Below are positions 20,035 to 29,717 of a DNA stretch of 64,000 nucleotides, piece by piece. This DNA comes from an uncultured Verrucomicrobiota bacterium (lineage in GTDB: Bacteria; Verrucomicrobiota; Verrucomicrobiia; Limisphaerales; SXQI01): positions 209,224 to 273,223 of the forward strand of contig CAZMKE010000003.1 of assembly GCA_964566945.1 (NCBI GenBank), in the 5' to 3' direction. The position numbers and the translations under genes were made by a program. The notes under the pieces are model-generated. The model had not been told where the DNA came from and did no database searches. It saw only the letters and a list, made by a program, of their open reading frames with translations. Numbering within the stretch: position 1 is the first letter of the stretch; the number at the start of each line of letters is the position of its first letter.

Positions 20035-22155
20035 ATGACCTTCCTCATCGCTGACACCTTCACCGAGAGCCTCGCCCGCCTCACTGGCGATGAGCAGAAA
20101 GCCGTGAAGACCACCGCCTTCGACCTCCAGCTGAATCCTGCCAACCCTGGACACCAGTTCCACAAGGTCGAACGCGCGAAAGACCGGAACTTCTGGTCCG
20201 TGCGTGTCGGCCGCGACGTGCGCCTGATCGTTCATCGCACCGCAGGAAGTCTTCTGCTGTGCTACGCCGATCACCATGACAAAGCTTATGACTGGGCCGA
20301 GCGACGCAAGCTGGAAACGCACCCCACCACCGGTGCGGCGCAGTTCGTCGAGATCCGCGAGCGCGTCCAGGAAATCGTTGTTCCGGTTTACATTGAGGAG
20401 AAGAAGCCAGCGGGAACCAATCCTCAGAAGTCCGAGAGGCCTCTGATCTTCGCTGGGATTCCCGATGCTGAACTGCTGAGCTACGGCGTTCCCCCGGAAT
20501 GGCTGAGCGACGTGAAGGGAGCGGACGAAAATTCCATCCTGGCGCTTGCCGAGCGGCTGCCCGCGGAAGCTTCGGAAGCGCTCCTGGAACTCGCTACTGG
20601 CGGCAAACCGCGCGTGCAACAGGTTGCCGCGCCAGCAGCGAGTCCTTTCGAACATCCGGACGCGCAACGCCGTTTCCGCATCCTAACGAACGTCGAGGAA
20701 CTGGAACGCGCTCTCGAATTCCCCTGGGACAAATGGACCATTTTTCTGCATCCGGAACAGCGGCAGTGGGTCGAACGAACTTACAATGGACCCGCACGCG
20801 TCTCGGGCTCGGCCGGCACGGGGAAAACTATTGTCGCACTCCACCGCGCTGTCTTCCTGGCCCGAGCCAATCCAAACGCGCGAGTGCTGCTGACGACCTT
20901 CTCGCATATCCTCGCGAACGCCCTCCGGACCCGCTTGCGTCGGCTCATCAGCAACGAGCCGCAACTGGCCGAGCGCCTTGAGGTGCATTCCATGAACGCA
21001 ATCGGAGGCCGTCTTTATAAGAGCACGTTCGGGCAAGCCGCCAACCTGGCGCCGCGAGAGGTCATCTCGGATCTCATCAAAGCCGCAGCGAAAGAAGCCG
21101 GCGAACATAAGTTCACCCACACGTTTCTCCTTTCGGAATGGGAGCACATCGTGGATGCCTGGCAACTGAGCACGTGGGAAAGTTACCGGGACGTCCAGCG
21201 CCTGGGCCGGAAGACACGGCTGCGAGAACCGGATCGCGCGATCCTATGGTGCATCTTCGAGAGAGTCCGCACCGCGCTGGCAGCGCGGAAAATGGTGACA
21301 GTGGCCCAAATGTTTACCGATCTGGCGGCGCGCCTCGGGAAAGGTCCCCAGAAGCCATTTGACTTCGCCGTGATCGATGAAGCCCAGGACGTGAGCATCG
21401 GCAGCCTTCGATTTCTCGCCGCCCTGGCCAGCCGCCCTGACGCGTTGTTCTTTGCCGGGGATCTCGGCCAGCGGATCTTTCAGCAACCCTTCTCCTGGCT
21501 CGCGCTCGGGGTCGACATCCGGGGCCGCGCGCGCACCTTGCGCGTCAATTACCGCACGTCACACCAGATCCGCACCCAGGCCGACCGGCTGCTGGGCCCG
21601 GAAATATCCGACGTGGACGGAAACCCGGAGAAGCGCACCGATACCGTGTCCCTCTTCAACGGCCCTCCGCCGGAAATCGAAACTTTCAAATCTCCGGAAG
21701 ATGAAAATTCGGCCGTGAGCGCCTGGATTTCCGCCCGGATGCAAGAGGGCATAGCGGCTCACGAAATCGCGGTTTTCGTCCGCTCCGAAGCCGAACTGCC
21801 CCGGGCCCGCGCGGCCGCCGAGAAATCCCAGCTCGCATTCGCAGTTCTGGACGACAAAGTGGAAACCAAGACGGGCCAAATCTCCCTTGGGACGATGCAC
21901 CTGGCCAAAGGCCTCGAATTCCGAGCGGTTGCGGTGATGGGGTGTGATGACGAAATCATCCCCCTGCAAAGCCGCATCGAAACCGTGGGCGAGGAGGCCG
22001 ACCTGAAAGAAATCTACGACACGGAACGCCAGTTGCTCTACGTCGCGTGCACACGCGCCCGTGATCGGCTGCTCATTACGGCTGTCCAGCCGGCATCCGA
22101 ATTTCTGGATGACCTCGAACCGAGTGGTGAAACGTTGTCTCCCTCTGAAGGCTAA
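20035..22155 (+). CDS. UvrD-like SF1 helicase with an N-terminal RelE/ParE-like domain (paralog 2)
   Basis: FLHPEQR, then Walker A SGSAGTGKTIV, VIDEAQDVS, NYRTSHQIR, KGLEFRAVAVMG and LLYVACTRARDRLL. N-terminal FWSVRVGRDVRLIVHRTAGSLLLCYADHHDKAYDWAERR is a RelE/ParE-like C-terminal signature. Confidence 0.85.
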   Translation: MTFLIADTFTESLARLTGDEQKAVKTTAFDLQLNPANPGHQFHKVERAKDRNFWSVRVGRDVRLIVHRTAGSLLLCYADHHDKAYDWAERRKLETHPTTGAAQFVEIRERVQEIVVPVYIEEKKPAGTNPQKSERPLIFAGIPDAELLSYGVPPEWLSDVKGADENSILALAERLPAEASEALLELATGGKPRVQQVAAPAASPFEHPDAQRRFRILTNVEELERALEFPWDKWTIFLHPEQRQWVERTYNGPARVSGSAGTGKTIVALHRAVFLARANPNARVLLTTFSHILANALRTRLRRLISNEPQLAERLEVHSMNAIGGRLYKSTFGQAANLAPREVISDLIKAAAKEAGEHKFTHTFLLSEWEHIVDAWQLSTWESYRDVQRLGRKTRLREPDRAILWCIFERVRTALAARKMVTVAQMFTDLAARLGKGPQKPFDFAVIDEAQDVSIGSLRFLAALASRPDALFFAGDLGQRIFQQPFSWLALGVDIRGRARTLRVNYRTSHQIRTQADRLLGPEISDVDGNPEKRTDTVSLFNGPPPEIETFKSPEDENSAVSAWISARMQEGIAAHEIAVFVRSEAELPRARAAAEKSQLAFAVLDDKVETKTGQISLGTMHLAKGLEFRAVAVMGCDDEIIPLQSRIETVGEEADLKEIYDTERQLLYVACTRARDRLLITAVQPASEFLDDLEPSGETLSPSEG

Positions 22156-22171
22156 TCGGCTCATCGAGGGG

Positions 22172-22652
22172 TCAAAGGGGAAGGAAGGCTTGGGGGAAAA
22201 AGCTCGGCGGGAGCATCGCTCCACCAGTTTGGAATGGTGGGCGTGATGATGGGGCGTGGACTGTGGGAGTGCCGGCAGGATGTTGATGGTCGCAATGTTC
22301 GGCCCCTTGCTGACGCGCGGGGCTCTGTTTGGGGGCGAGGGCTGAGGTCGTCCGGATTTGGGAGGTGTCTCCTGGCGAACCCCGATTGGAAGAAGGGCAC
22401 CGCTCGACCTGTTGACGCGAGGAACGGGAGGTGAGGGGTGGGTGCAGGCTGGTTGCGCGACCAACGACGCCCGGAAAGGAAATCGACGCAGCGGATGGTA
22501 GTGCGGTTCTTAGAGTCAGGGTTCGGCAGAGCCTCGCCCTCCCGAGGTTTGAAGCAAGGTCCTGCCGGGAGAAAAGAAAAAGCTCGGCGGAGCCTCGCTC
22601 CACCTTGGGGCTGGTGCAGTGGCCTGCTCGCTGACGCGCGCTCTGTGGGCGG
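22172..22652 (+). repeat. Two degenerate copies of dispersed intergenic repeat modules A and C
   Basis: 22172-22232 and 22500-22620 share GGTTCGGC(A/G)GAGCCTC(G/A)CCCTCC and AAAAAGCTCGGCGGAGCNCGCTCCAC with the copies at 27.6 and 33.5 kb. 22295-22335 and 22621-22652 carry the GCTGACGCGCG...CTCTGT module, also found at 33732-33775. Confidence 0.85.
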
Positions 22653-22749
22653 TTCGTGGCGTTCGACGATCCCGGCGTGGTCGCGCCCATCCCAACCTCT
22701 CCCGAGACAGAGTCACGCGAAACTCGAGCCACTCCTTTACCGCCTACGG

Positions 22750-25700
22750 TTATGGCAGCAGCAAGCGGAAAAAACCTGCAGCGGAATCGTCCCGAACAAT
22801 AGGAATTACTTCGAGTGCGCCGGTCGCGACTGCGTTGGCAACGGCCGTCCAAGGGCCGCTGGGGGTGGGGGCGCGCTGCAGCTCCCAAGAGCGGCCTGCG
22901 ACCGCAGGAAACGTCAAACGAAATGAGTTTGCGTCGAACGGCGCGATCGTGATGGGGTCGGCCGCAAGGTCGAGGCGGCCAAGGATCAGTGAATGGCCGG
23001 CGAGCGCGACCACTCCGTCTCGCTCCCAAACGATGAGCCTGCGAACCAGGGAGTCCACGGGGACTTTGGCGGACCCGGAGAGAGCGCGCGTGGCGGTGCG
23101 AAAACCTTCGAAGTGGATCTGCGAGTTAATATGCGCCGCGAGAACCGCCTGCTGGCCATCCGCGCTTAACGCGAGGGCGTCTGGAGCGAACGCGGTGCTA
23201 AGGAAGGACGTCGGCAACTCTCCGCGGAACTCCAGCGTGGCCGCGTCATACAATTCGCCCGGCCAGACCAGCACGGTGTTCTGCGCTGACTCCAGCCCGA
23301 ACGTTCGGCCTCGGTTCGGCACATCGCCCCCGACCTCAAGACCGTCCGCAGTCAGGCGATACCTTTTTAGCTTATTCTCGACACCTGCCGGGTCACCGAC
23401 AGCCAGAATCTCGTGAGGCGTCGCGCCCGGCGTGATGAGCGTCACTCCATCCCAGCCGCCTGGAATATTGGAGGGTCGCGGCTGTCCGTCGTCATACACA
23501 TAAACACCCGCCCCGGACGGTTCGGCAGCGCCGTAGAGTGAAACGAACACGGTGTGCGCTTCATCTGGCGGCACGAGCATATCCACCTGGTACCACTGCC
23601 AGCTTTCGGGCACGAACGTGTTGAAGTTGAGGTCCAGGGTGAATTCGGGCAGCAGGCAGCGGACGATGCGCTGGCCGCCGTTCAGCGCCACGTAGAGAAA
23701 TTCGCTGCCGGCGCTCAGGGCCAGGCGCACGGGCTGTCCGGGAAGCCCAATCTCCCGATCGACATGTCCACTGACAGGGTCGACAACGTAAAGGTTCGTC
23801 GAGGGCGCAAAACCGTCTCCGTTCGCGCTGGCCACGTAAAGCTTGTGCGCAAGACGGTCGTAGACCACGTCGGAGCCCGCAAGGTCGAACGTTTCCAAAA
23901 CGCCCGGAAGACCGCTCGCTTCGACTTGGCGGACTAAACGCGCGTAATTGTTCGAACGGTTCGCGTCGATGGACTCCGAACGAACCGATCCGATGATTTC
24001 AGCGGAAGTGAACGCTTTGCCCGGCAGAGCGCTGACGGAAAAGTTTGTGATTGAACCCGCGGGCAGGGCGCCAAGATCCACGCTGAGCAGATTGACGGCG
24101 GCCGAGAGCACGTTCGCTCCTGTCACCTGGAGCGAGGTGAACCCTTCCGGGAAGCGCACATCCACGCGGGCGCGCTGAGCGTCATTTGGGCCGGCGTTCT
24201 CAACGGTGAAGGTCCATGTTCCCGGCGTTGCGACCCGCCAGGCGCCGTCCGAACTGATCGAGAGGCCCAAGTCAGCGGGTGGGGCTTTCTCGCTTCGGGC
24301 TCGCCGGACGAACACGAGATCGTTGTCGGCTGCCTGATAAGCCAGGGTCGCCGGGCCCGCCACGATCCCAGCGGTTACCGCGGGATTCAGGGGAAGCTGC
24401 ATCGTCTCGAGCGTCACCTGCGTGTCGAGGTCATACCCGGTCAATTGCGTGCTATCGCTCCGAAAGATGACCCGTTCCGCAGCGGAAATAAGGGATGTTC
24501 CAGAACCGGGAGCATTGCCGAGCAGCGTCAGCGTGCCGGTGTCGAGCATTCGGCCGTCCTGCGCTACAAAGACGCCAGCCCCGGCGTTCACGTGATTCAT
24601 TAGCGTCGGTCCGGCTTGCGTGAAAATGAACTGCTGTCCATCCCACCGAATCAGGGTCATCTGAAACGGCGAGTAATCTTGAGAAAGGACCAACTGGCTC
24701 TCACCGTACGCAACGAGTGGCGCATAAAACGCGTTGGTCCAGGCCAGCAGGTGTCCGTTCACAAAGAGGCCGAGCTTCCCATCCGCCTCCACAAAGAGTT
24801 GGTCCGGGTGGCCGGGGTTTGCGGCCATCCAGGATACCGTTTGTGTGACAGCGCCTTCGGGCATCGCGGAGCTGAACACGGCTTCAACCGAGCCTGAGGC
24901 GAGGCTGGCACGCGCAATATTCGCCCCGTGATCGATCGCCAAATACAACGTCTGACTGTCATCGGCGAGAGACATCGTGACCGCGTTTTCACCAAATTGG
25001 CTTGTTTTCGCAACGAGGCCTGTGGCCGGATCAATGGCGACAACGGCACCGTCGTATTTGCTTTGCGGAGGCGTAAGCGCAATGATCTGGTTTCGGATGG
25101 AATCATAGGCGATGGAGCTGACCGTAAACGCGCTCGGAGCGCTCTCACCGGGGGCCAGTTCCGTCACCACTGGCAGATCAAGAGCTGCCAGATTGTTGCT
25201 GCGGTTGAGATCCACGGAGGCGGTGGCGATCCCGGCTTCGAGATGCATCAGGTCGGCCGCGAGGAAGGCGCCAGTAATCCAGTTGGTGAGTGAATTGCCG
25301 GGCGGCAGGTCGAGATCTGCCCACGAGACCAGCTGCGGGGCCTGAAAGACTGTGCCGTAATACGGAGCGAATGGGGTGGTGTTCGTCATGGAAAATCCCG
25401 CTGGCAACTGCGCGGTCAGGCCGGCGCGCACCGCGGCGGGGCCGGGATTTGTAACGATCATCCGGATCGTTACTTTCTCGTTCAGCTTGGGCTGCGCGGG
25501 ATCGAGATCAATGCGAACGGACAGGTCGCTCCCAGGGTCCAGACGGAACGAGGGGCTGGAGACGATGGCCAGATCGCCGCCACTGATTTGCACGAGCACC
25601 CGGCCGTCGCCCAAATCCGCAACGGAATCCGCGAAGCCCTCCGTTTCGAGGGGAAGGGTTGCGGTTCGAGCGAGGGTGGTCCGGTCAAATACCTCCAGGG

Positions 25701-27174
25701 TGCCCAAGCCGGGGCCGCTGTGTTGCAAGTAAATCAACTGATCTGCGGTAGCGCGGTATTCGAGTTGCGCGGTGCTGGAATCGGTATCTGTGGGCACCTT
25801 ACGGAGAAGCTTGCCTGAACGGGGCGCTAACTCCTCGCTGCTGCCGCTGTACATCACTCCATTCACCATCAAGAAACCGACTGACACACGAGGCCGAACA
25901 TACCCGTCCCCGCGGCTAACGCCGGAGTCACTGATCAGCAGCGGCACAACATCGTTGGCCGGGTAGCCGGACAGATAAGCTTCCGTCGCGCCGTTGAACT
26001 TCATAGAAGCAGAAAATGCAAAGCCCAACGAAGGCAGCGCGAGGCTCTGCGAAATCTTTTGCCCGTCGCGGAAAAGAGAGACCGCGCCGCCCCCGCTGTT
26101 GACGCCAGCGGTCAGCACCAGGGTGGAATCTCCCGGCGAGACCTCGAAAGCCAGCAGCTTATTATCGGCGGGCCCAATGTCGTAAATGAGATTCGTTGTA
26201 TCGCCGATCAGATCAATTCGCATGGCGGATTGCCCGCCCAGCACCGCGCAATGGAGAAAGTGCCCGTCCGGGGAGAGCCGCAAAAACGACGCGAACCCGG
26301 GCAGAGTCGTGATTGGCACCGGCACGAGCCTGGCGGAGTCGAGCGCGAAGAGGACAGTATTGCTCGCCCCCGGTTGGTTCGCTTCGAGAGCGTAAATCAG
26401 CTTACGTGGCGCGCTCCAGGCTGCTTCACGGACGCCCGCGGCGAACCGTTCGATTACGCTCAATTCGCGTGAGTCGCCGAAAGCGTTTCGAGCCTCAACG
26501 TGCAAACGAACGATCGCGTTCGTATCGAACAGGATACTGGCTGACCCGGCGCCGTTGACCAACGCGACTTGGTTTGTGGCTCGCACCACGCCGGCGCTGT
26601 CCAGGAGCGAGAGAGCTGCCGCATAAAGCCCGTTGGTGAGCGGGGCGCCTTCCGGGTTGAGCGCTTGAAACGTGACCGTGCGAGGCTCCCCGGCCGTGTA
26701 AATGTCGGACGGGACCGAGACCTTGAAACTCGCCGGATCATCGTCCCCAATGATCGTTTGGGCTGAGCCAGCGGCGTAAGCCGGAGAGGTGGCGGCGAGC
26801 GTGATCACCATATTCGTCTCCGGAATGGCGTCATCGATCGGCCCAATATTGAAGAAGGCGTTGGTGTTTCCCGCGCGCACGGTGACAGAGGCTGGAAAAA
26901 GCAGTTGATCCGGCGGGACCGCGGCCAGTGCGACCACAACATCATTGGTGGTTCGTGCGGAAATGGAAACGACTCCCTTGTTCGTCTGAATGCCGCCGTT
27001 TTCGGCCATGAGCCCAGGAATCCGGAGAGAAATGGCAGCCCCGGAACTCATCCGGACCAAGACCAGCGAACACCCAATGAGCAAAAGCAACCCAGATCGA
27101 CAAAATGAAATTGCCGGAGAATACCTCAGCATAAATAAAGCCGCCCGAATAGCGCCGAGCCGCAGTCGGCTCAC
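22750..27174 (-). CDS. Giant secreted surface or adhesin-like protein (Calx-beta-like N-terminus, DUF11-type repeats, beta-propeller-like segments)
   Basis: 1474-aa ORF with an N-terminal hydrophobic signal. VTVRAGNTNAFFNIGPIDDAIPE is Calx-beta-like. Two NRSNN motifs (SVDLNRSNN, SIDANRSNN) are typical of the DUF11 conserved repeat. Ends in ...GFFRLLLP. Confidence 0.75.
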   Translation of the reverse strand: MSRLRLGAIRAALFMLRYSPAISFCRSGLLLLIGCSLVLVRMSSGAAISLRIPGLMAENGGIQTNKGVVSISARTTNDVVVALAAVPPDQLLFPASVTVRAGNTNAFFNIGPIDDAIPETNMVITLAATSPAYAAGSAQTIIGDDDPASFKVSVPSDIYTAGEPRTVTFQALNPEGAPLTNGLYAAALSLLDSAGVVRATNQVALVNGAGSASILFDTNAIVRLHVEARNAFGDSRELSVIERFAAGVREAAWSAPRKLIYALEANQPGASNTVLFALDSARLVPVPITTLPGFASFLRLSPDGHFLHCAVLGGQSAMRIDLIGDTTNLIYDIGPADNKLLAFEVSPGDSTLVLTAGVNSGGGAVSLFRDGQKISQSLALPSLGFAFSASMKFNGATEAYLSGYPANDVVPLLISDSGVSRGDGYVRPRVSVGFLMVNGVMYSGSSEELAPRSGKLLRKVPTDTDSSTAQLEYRATADQLIYLQHSGPGLGTLEVFDRTTLARTATLPLETEGFADSVADLGDGRVLVQISGGDLAIVSSPSFRLDPGSDLSVRIDLDPAQPKLNEKVTIRMIVTNPGPAAVRAGLTAQLPAGFSMTNTTPFAPYYGTVFQAPQLVSWADLDLPPGNSLTNWITGAFLAADLMHLEAGIATASVDLNRSNNLAALDLPVVTELAPGESAPSAFTVSSIAYDSIRNQIIALTPPQSKYDGAVVAIDPATGLVAKTSQFGENAVTMSLADDSQTLYLAIDHGANIARASLASGSVEAVFSSAMPEGAVTQTVSWMAANPGHPDQLFVEADGKLGLFVNGHLLAWTNAFYAPLVAYGESQLVLSQDYSPFQMTLIRWDGQQFIFTQAGPTLMNHVNAGAGVFVAQDGRMLDTGTLTLLGNAPGSGTSLISAAERVIFRSDSTQLTGYDLDTQVTLETMQLPLNPAVTAGIVAGPATLAYQAADNDLVFVRRARSEKAPPADLGLSISSDGAWRVATPGTWTFTVENAGPNDAQRARVDVRFPEGFTSLQVTGANVLSAAVNLLSVDLGALPAGSITNFSVSALPGKAFTSAEIIGSVRSESIDANRSNNYARLVRQVEASGLPGVLETFDLAGSDVVYDRLAHKLYVASANGDGFAPSTNLYVVDPVSGHVDREIGLPGQPVRLALSAGSEFLYVALNGGQRIVRCLLPEFTLDLNFNTFVPESWQWYQVDMLVPPDEAHTVFVSLYGAAEPSGAGVYVYDDGQPRPSNIPGGWDGVTLITPGATPHEILAVGDPAGVENKLKRYRLTADGLEVGGDVPNRGRTFGLESAQNTVLVWPGELYDAATLEFRGELPTSFLSTAFAPDALALSADGQQAVLAAHINSQIHFEGFRTATRALSGSAKVPVDSLVRRLIVWERDGVVALAGHSLILGRLDLAADPITIAPFDANSFRLTFPAVAGRSWELQRAPTPSGPWTAVANAVATGALEVIPIVRDDSAAGFFRLLLP

Positions 27175-27549
27175 TCAAATACTTAGCCCCAAAACAAGCG
27201 TCTCAAGAGCGTAGAATTTGAAGTGTAAGCCGGTCAATTACAAACTGATAGGTCTGAACCTTACATTAGTTCCGTTTCTTCTCCGCTCTCGAACTGGGAT
27301 TCAGGCGATCTGTCCTATTCGCGGCCCCTCCGAAAAGCGCGACCCGACGATCCGCATCCATTACGACAGAAATCCTTTGGTTGGGCGCGAGGATTCTGGT
27401 TGGCCGCCGTGAGGCTCGAATGCGCCCTAAACCAGCGTCTGAGGAGCTTTATGCGAGAACCAATTTGGTGCTGGGCTTTTCCGTTTCTACCTCGGAAATG
27501 CCGGTGGGGATTTGCTTCCCACCAGCGATTTCGGGCCACAGGAACGGAT

Positions 27550-27920
27550 GCAATAGACGTTCGGACGGTTCATAAAGTTAGGGTTCGGCGGAGCCTCACC
27601 CTCCCGGGGATGGCGGGGGCTAAAGGGGAAGCAAGGTGCCTGGGTGAAAAAGCTCGGCGGAGGCTCGCTCCACTTTGGGCTGTGGCTGGGAACTTCTCCG
27701 AAGTTCTTGGAGAACGCTGCGTAATTCCGCTGGCCTGGTGCGTTTTAGGGCGCGGTTTGGCTAGGTGGATTGGCCGATGACCGATCGCCGTCGTTGGTTG
27801 GGCAGGGCGTCTCAGAAATCGATTGGGTTTTCGTTTTATTTCGGTGGTGGAGGGAGAACAGCGGCGCTCTGACGAGACGCCGCTACAGTGTTTTTGGGGG
27901 GGCGGCGGGTGGGCTAACGG
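27550..27920 (+). repeat. Full composite copy of the dispersed repeat (module A 27550-27679, module B 27680-27920)
   Basis: Module A is nearly identical to 33522-33655. Module B is ~80% identical by eye to 35156-35403. Confidence 0.9.
27860..27895 (+). terminator. Hairpin plus T-run inside repeat module B (terminator-like)
   Basis: AGCGGCGCTC-TGAC-GAGACGCCGCT (10-bp stem, 1-nt bulge), then ACAGTG TTTTT. The same hairpin occurs at 35338-35362. Confidence 0.35.
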
Positions 27921-28020
27921 TTTGACGGGGTGCGTCCTTCCGTTTCGAGACGCCTTGCCTCTCGTCAAACGCTCTTGTCGAGGGGCTTGAACTGAACGCA
28001 AACTGAGACAGCTTGGTCCT

Positions 28021-28695
28021 ATGCTTATCAGCCATCTTTGCCGGTTTATTTATCTCAAGACAAGGAAGACGGCGGGAACTTCGGTGGAGATCTATTTCGA
28101 ACCGTATTGTGTAGATCTGAAAAGCTACTTCGGGGAGGCGGAGGGCCGGCCGGCGGCGATCTCGGCGCAGGGCGTGGCCGGTTCGCGGCTCGGTTCTGCG
28201 GACCCACGGTGGTACAATCACATGCCGGCGGAAGAAGTGCGGGAACTGGCCGGGCGGGAGACCTGGGAGGCTTACTACAAGTTTTGTGTGATTCGCAATC
28301 CTTTCGACAAAGTGGTCTCATTCTTCTGGCATGAGGCTTCGGAACAGGCCCGAGTCCAGCTCGGGTCCGCCGATTTCAGCGATGTCCGCCGCACGTTCGC
28401 CGCTTGGACGGAATTGGAGCGCTTTCCTGTGGACCGGGGAATCTACACGATCGGCGGGATGCCTGCGGTCGATCGGTTTCTCCGTTACGAACAGTTGTCG
28501 GAGGACCTGCGGGAGATTTGTGGGAGGTTGTCCCTTCCCTGGCAACCTGCCCGGCTGGGCCGGTACAAAGGCGAGTTCCGGAAACGTGCGGAACCCTTTG
28601 AGGAATACTATACGGTGGAGGCTGCCGCCCGGGTGGCCAAGGCGTTCGCCTGGGAGCTCGAGTATTTTGGGTATCCCAGCTGCGGGCCGCGGTAG
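28021..28695 (+). CDS. Sulfotransferase family protein
   Basis: 5'-PSB-like loop IYLKTRKTAGTSV and 3'-PB-like motif FCVIRNPFDKVVSFFWH. Size of ~220 aa. Confidence 0.8.
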   Translation: MLISHLCRFIYLKTRKTAGTSVEIYFEPYCVDLKSYFGEAEGRPAAISAQGVAGSRLGSADPRWYNHMPAEEVRELAGRETWEAYYKFCVIRNPFDKVVSFFWHEASEQARVQLGSADFSDVRRTFAAWTELERFPVDRGIYTIGGMPAVDRFLRYEQLSEDLREICGRLSLPWQPARLGRYKGEFRKRAEPFEEYYTVEAAARVAKAFAWELEYFGYPSCGPR

Positions 28696-28712
28696 CGGGG
28701 GGAAGTCGGAGC

Positions 28713-29717
28713 TCAACGACCGGTCCGCGCGCGCAGTGCGAGATAGGCCGATTGCGCCCACCGCTGGGCCGCCGCTTTTGCCCCCCGTTCCGCCTGCCGC
28801 CGCTTCTCCGCGCGATCGTCCTGATACTGAAGCAAATGAAAAGGGTCCTTGGAGTAGGTGCGAAACACGCGGCGCTCGAAGGCCTCTGGCAGGTCGAGGC
28901 CGAAGAAGGCCGCTATGGCCCGGATTCGCTTGGGCAGGAGTTCCTCATAGTCGATGATCTGGCAGCCGTCGTCGGCCGATTCGAGAGCCGCCTCGAGATG
29001 TCGTGACAGCAGCCGGGCGCAGTACTCCTCGTCGGGCATCTCCTCCGGCGGTTGGGGCGGATTGCGCCAGCCGTACAGATCCTCCACTTGCGCAGCACTC
29101 TTGTAAGCCAGCCAGCCCCGTTCGTTCAGGCTGGAGACCAGAACTTCGGCGGGCTCGCGTATCAGGACAACGCAGGGCGTTTCGGGCCAGCATTGGCGCA
29201 CAAAGCGCATCGCGAAAAGATTCAAGCTGCAAAACTTGATCACGAGCTTTTCCGGTTGGCCGGTGCGATAGCAGGCAAAGAGCCGGAAGAGCGCTTCGAA
29301 AAGCCTCCGTCGCGCATCGCCCCAGCGGGCGCGAAGGTAAGGAGACGAGGCCTCCGGGTACCAGCGAGCCAGACGCACAAAGGCTCCGGCCTCCGCAGCC
29401 ACCAGAGCGCCGGGAGCATTCTTGAGCGCGTTTGCGACGAGCGTGGAGCCACAATGAGAAACATGAAAGATGAAGCCGGCAGGCCGGACCGGGGGGAGCC
29501 GCTCGCTCCAGGCCAGCATGGCCTCGATGGAAGTATCCAGCTCCGCCGCGGCCGGGCTGGCGTTTCGGAGCTTCTCCACGGTCTGATGAAAAAAAGGCTC
29601 TGCCAGGGGCTCGGCCCCAAACTCCATCCAGCGCACCGCGCCGCCCGGGACCAAGGCTGGGTCGGGATCAAACTCAAAATCGAGTGGCAGCCAGCCGGCT
29701 GTGGGCAGTGTCCTCAT
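28713..29717 (-). CDS. Sulfotransferase-fold protein (divergent)
   Basis: FIFHVSHCGSTLVANAL (PSB-like loop) and VVLIREPAEVLVSS (3'-PB-like R-x-P-x-x-x-x-S). Its start overlaps the upstream stop by 4 nt (ATGA). Confidence 0.6.
   Translation of the reverse strand: MRTLPTAGWLPLDFEFDPDPALVPGGAVRWMEFGAEPLAEPFFHQTVEKLRNASPAAAELDTSIEAMLAWSERLPPVRPAGFIFHVSHCGSTLVANALKNAPGALVAAEAGAFVRLARWYPEASSPYLRARWGDARRRLFEALFRLFACYRTGQPEKLVIKFCSLNLFAMRFVRQCWPETPCVVLIREPAEVLVSSLNERGWLAYKSAAQVEDLYGWRNPPQPPEEMPDEEYCARLLSRHLEAALESADDGCQIIDYEELLPKRIRAIAAFFGLDLPEAFERRVFRTYSKDPFHLLQYQDDRAEKRRQAERGAKAAAQRWAQSAYLALRARTGR

Noticed and set aside
8288-22155. The defence island as a prophage or an integrative element
   Set aside because: No integrase, transposase, tRNA attachment site or flanking direct repeats were recognised. 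Only compositional patchiness and the downstream repeats hint at mobility.
22161-22749. Multiple 60-285-aa ORFs on both strands in the gap after helicase 2
   Set aside because: They run across dispersed repeat copies and have Arg/Gly/Pro-rich translations with no motifs. The region is treated as non-coding repeat DNA.
27575-27605. tRNA-like GGTTCGGCGGAGCC element (T-arm look-alike) in the repeat copies
   Set aside because: No acceptor stem, anticodon arm or CCA context can be drawn around it. It recurs as part of the repeat.
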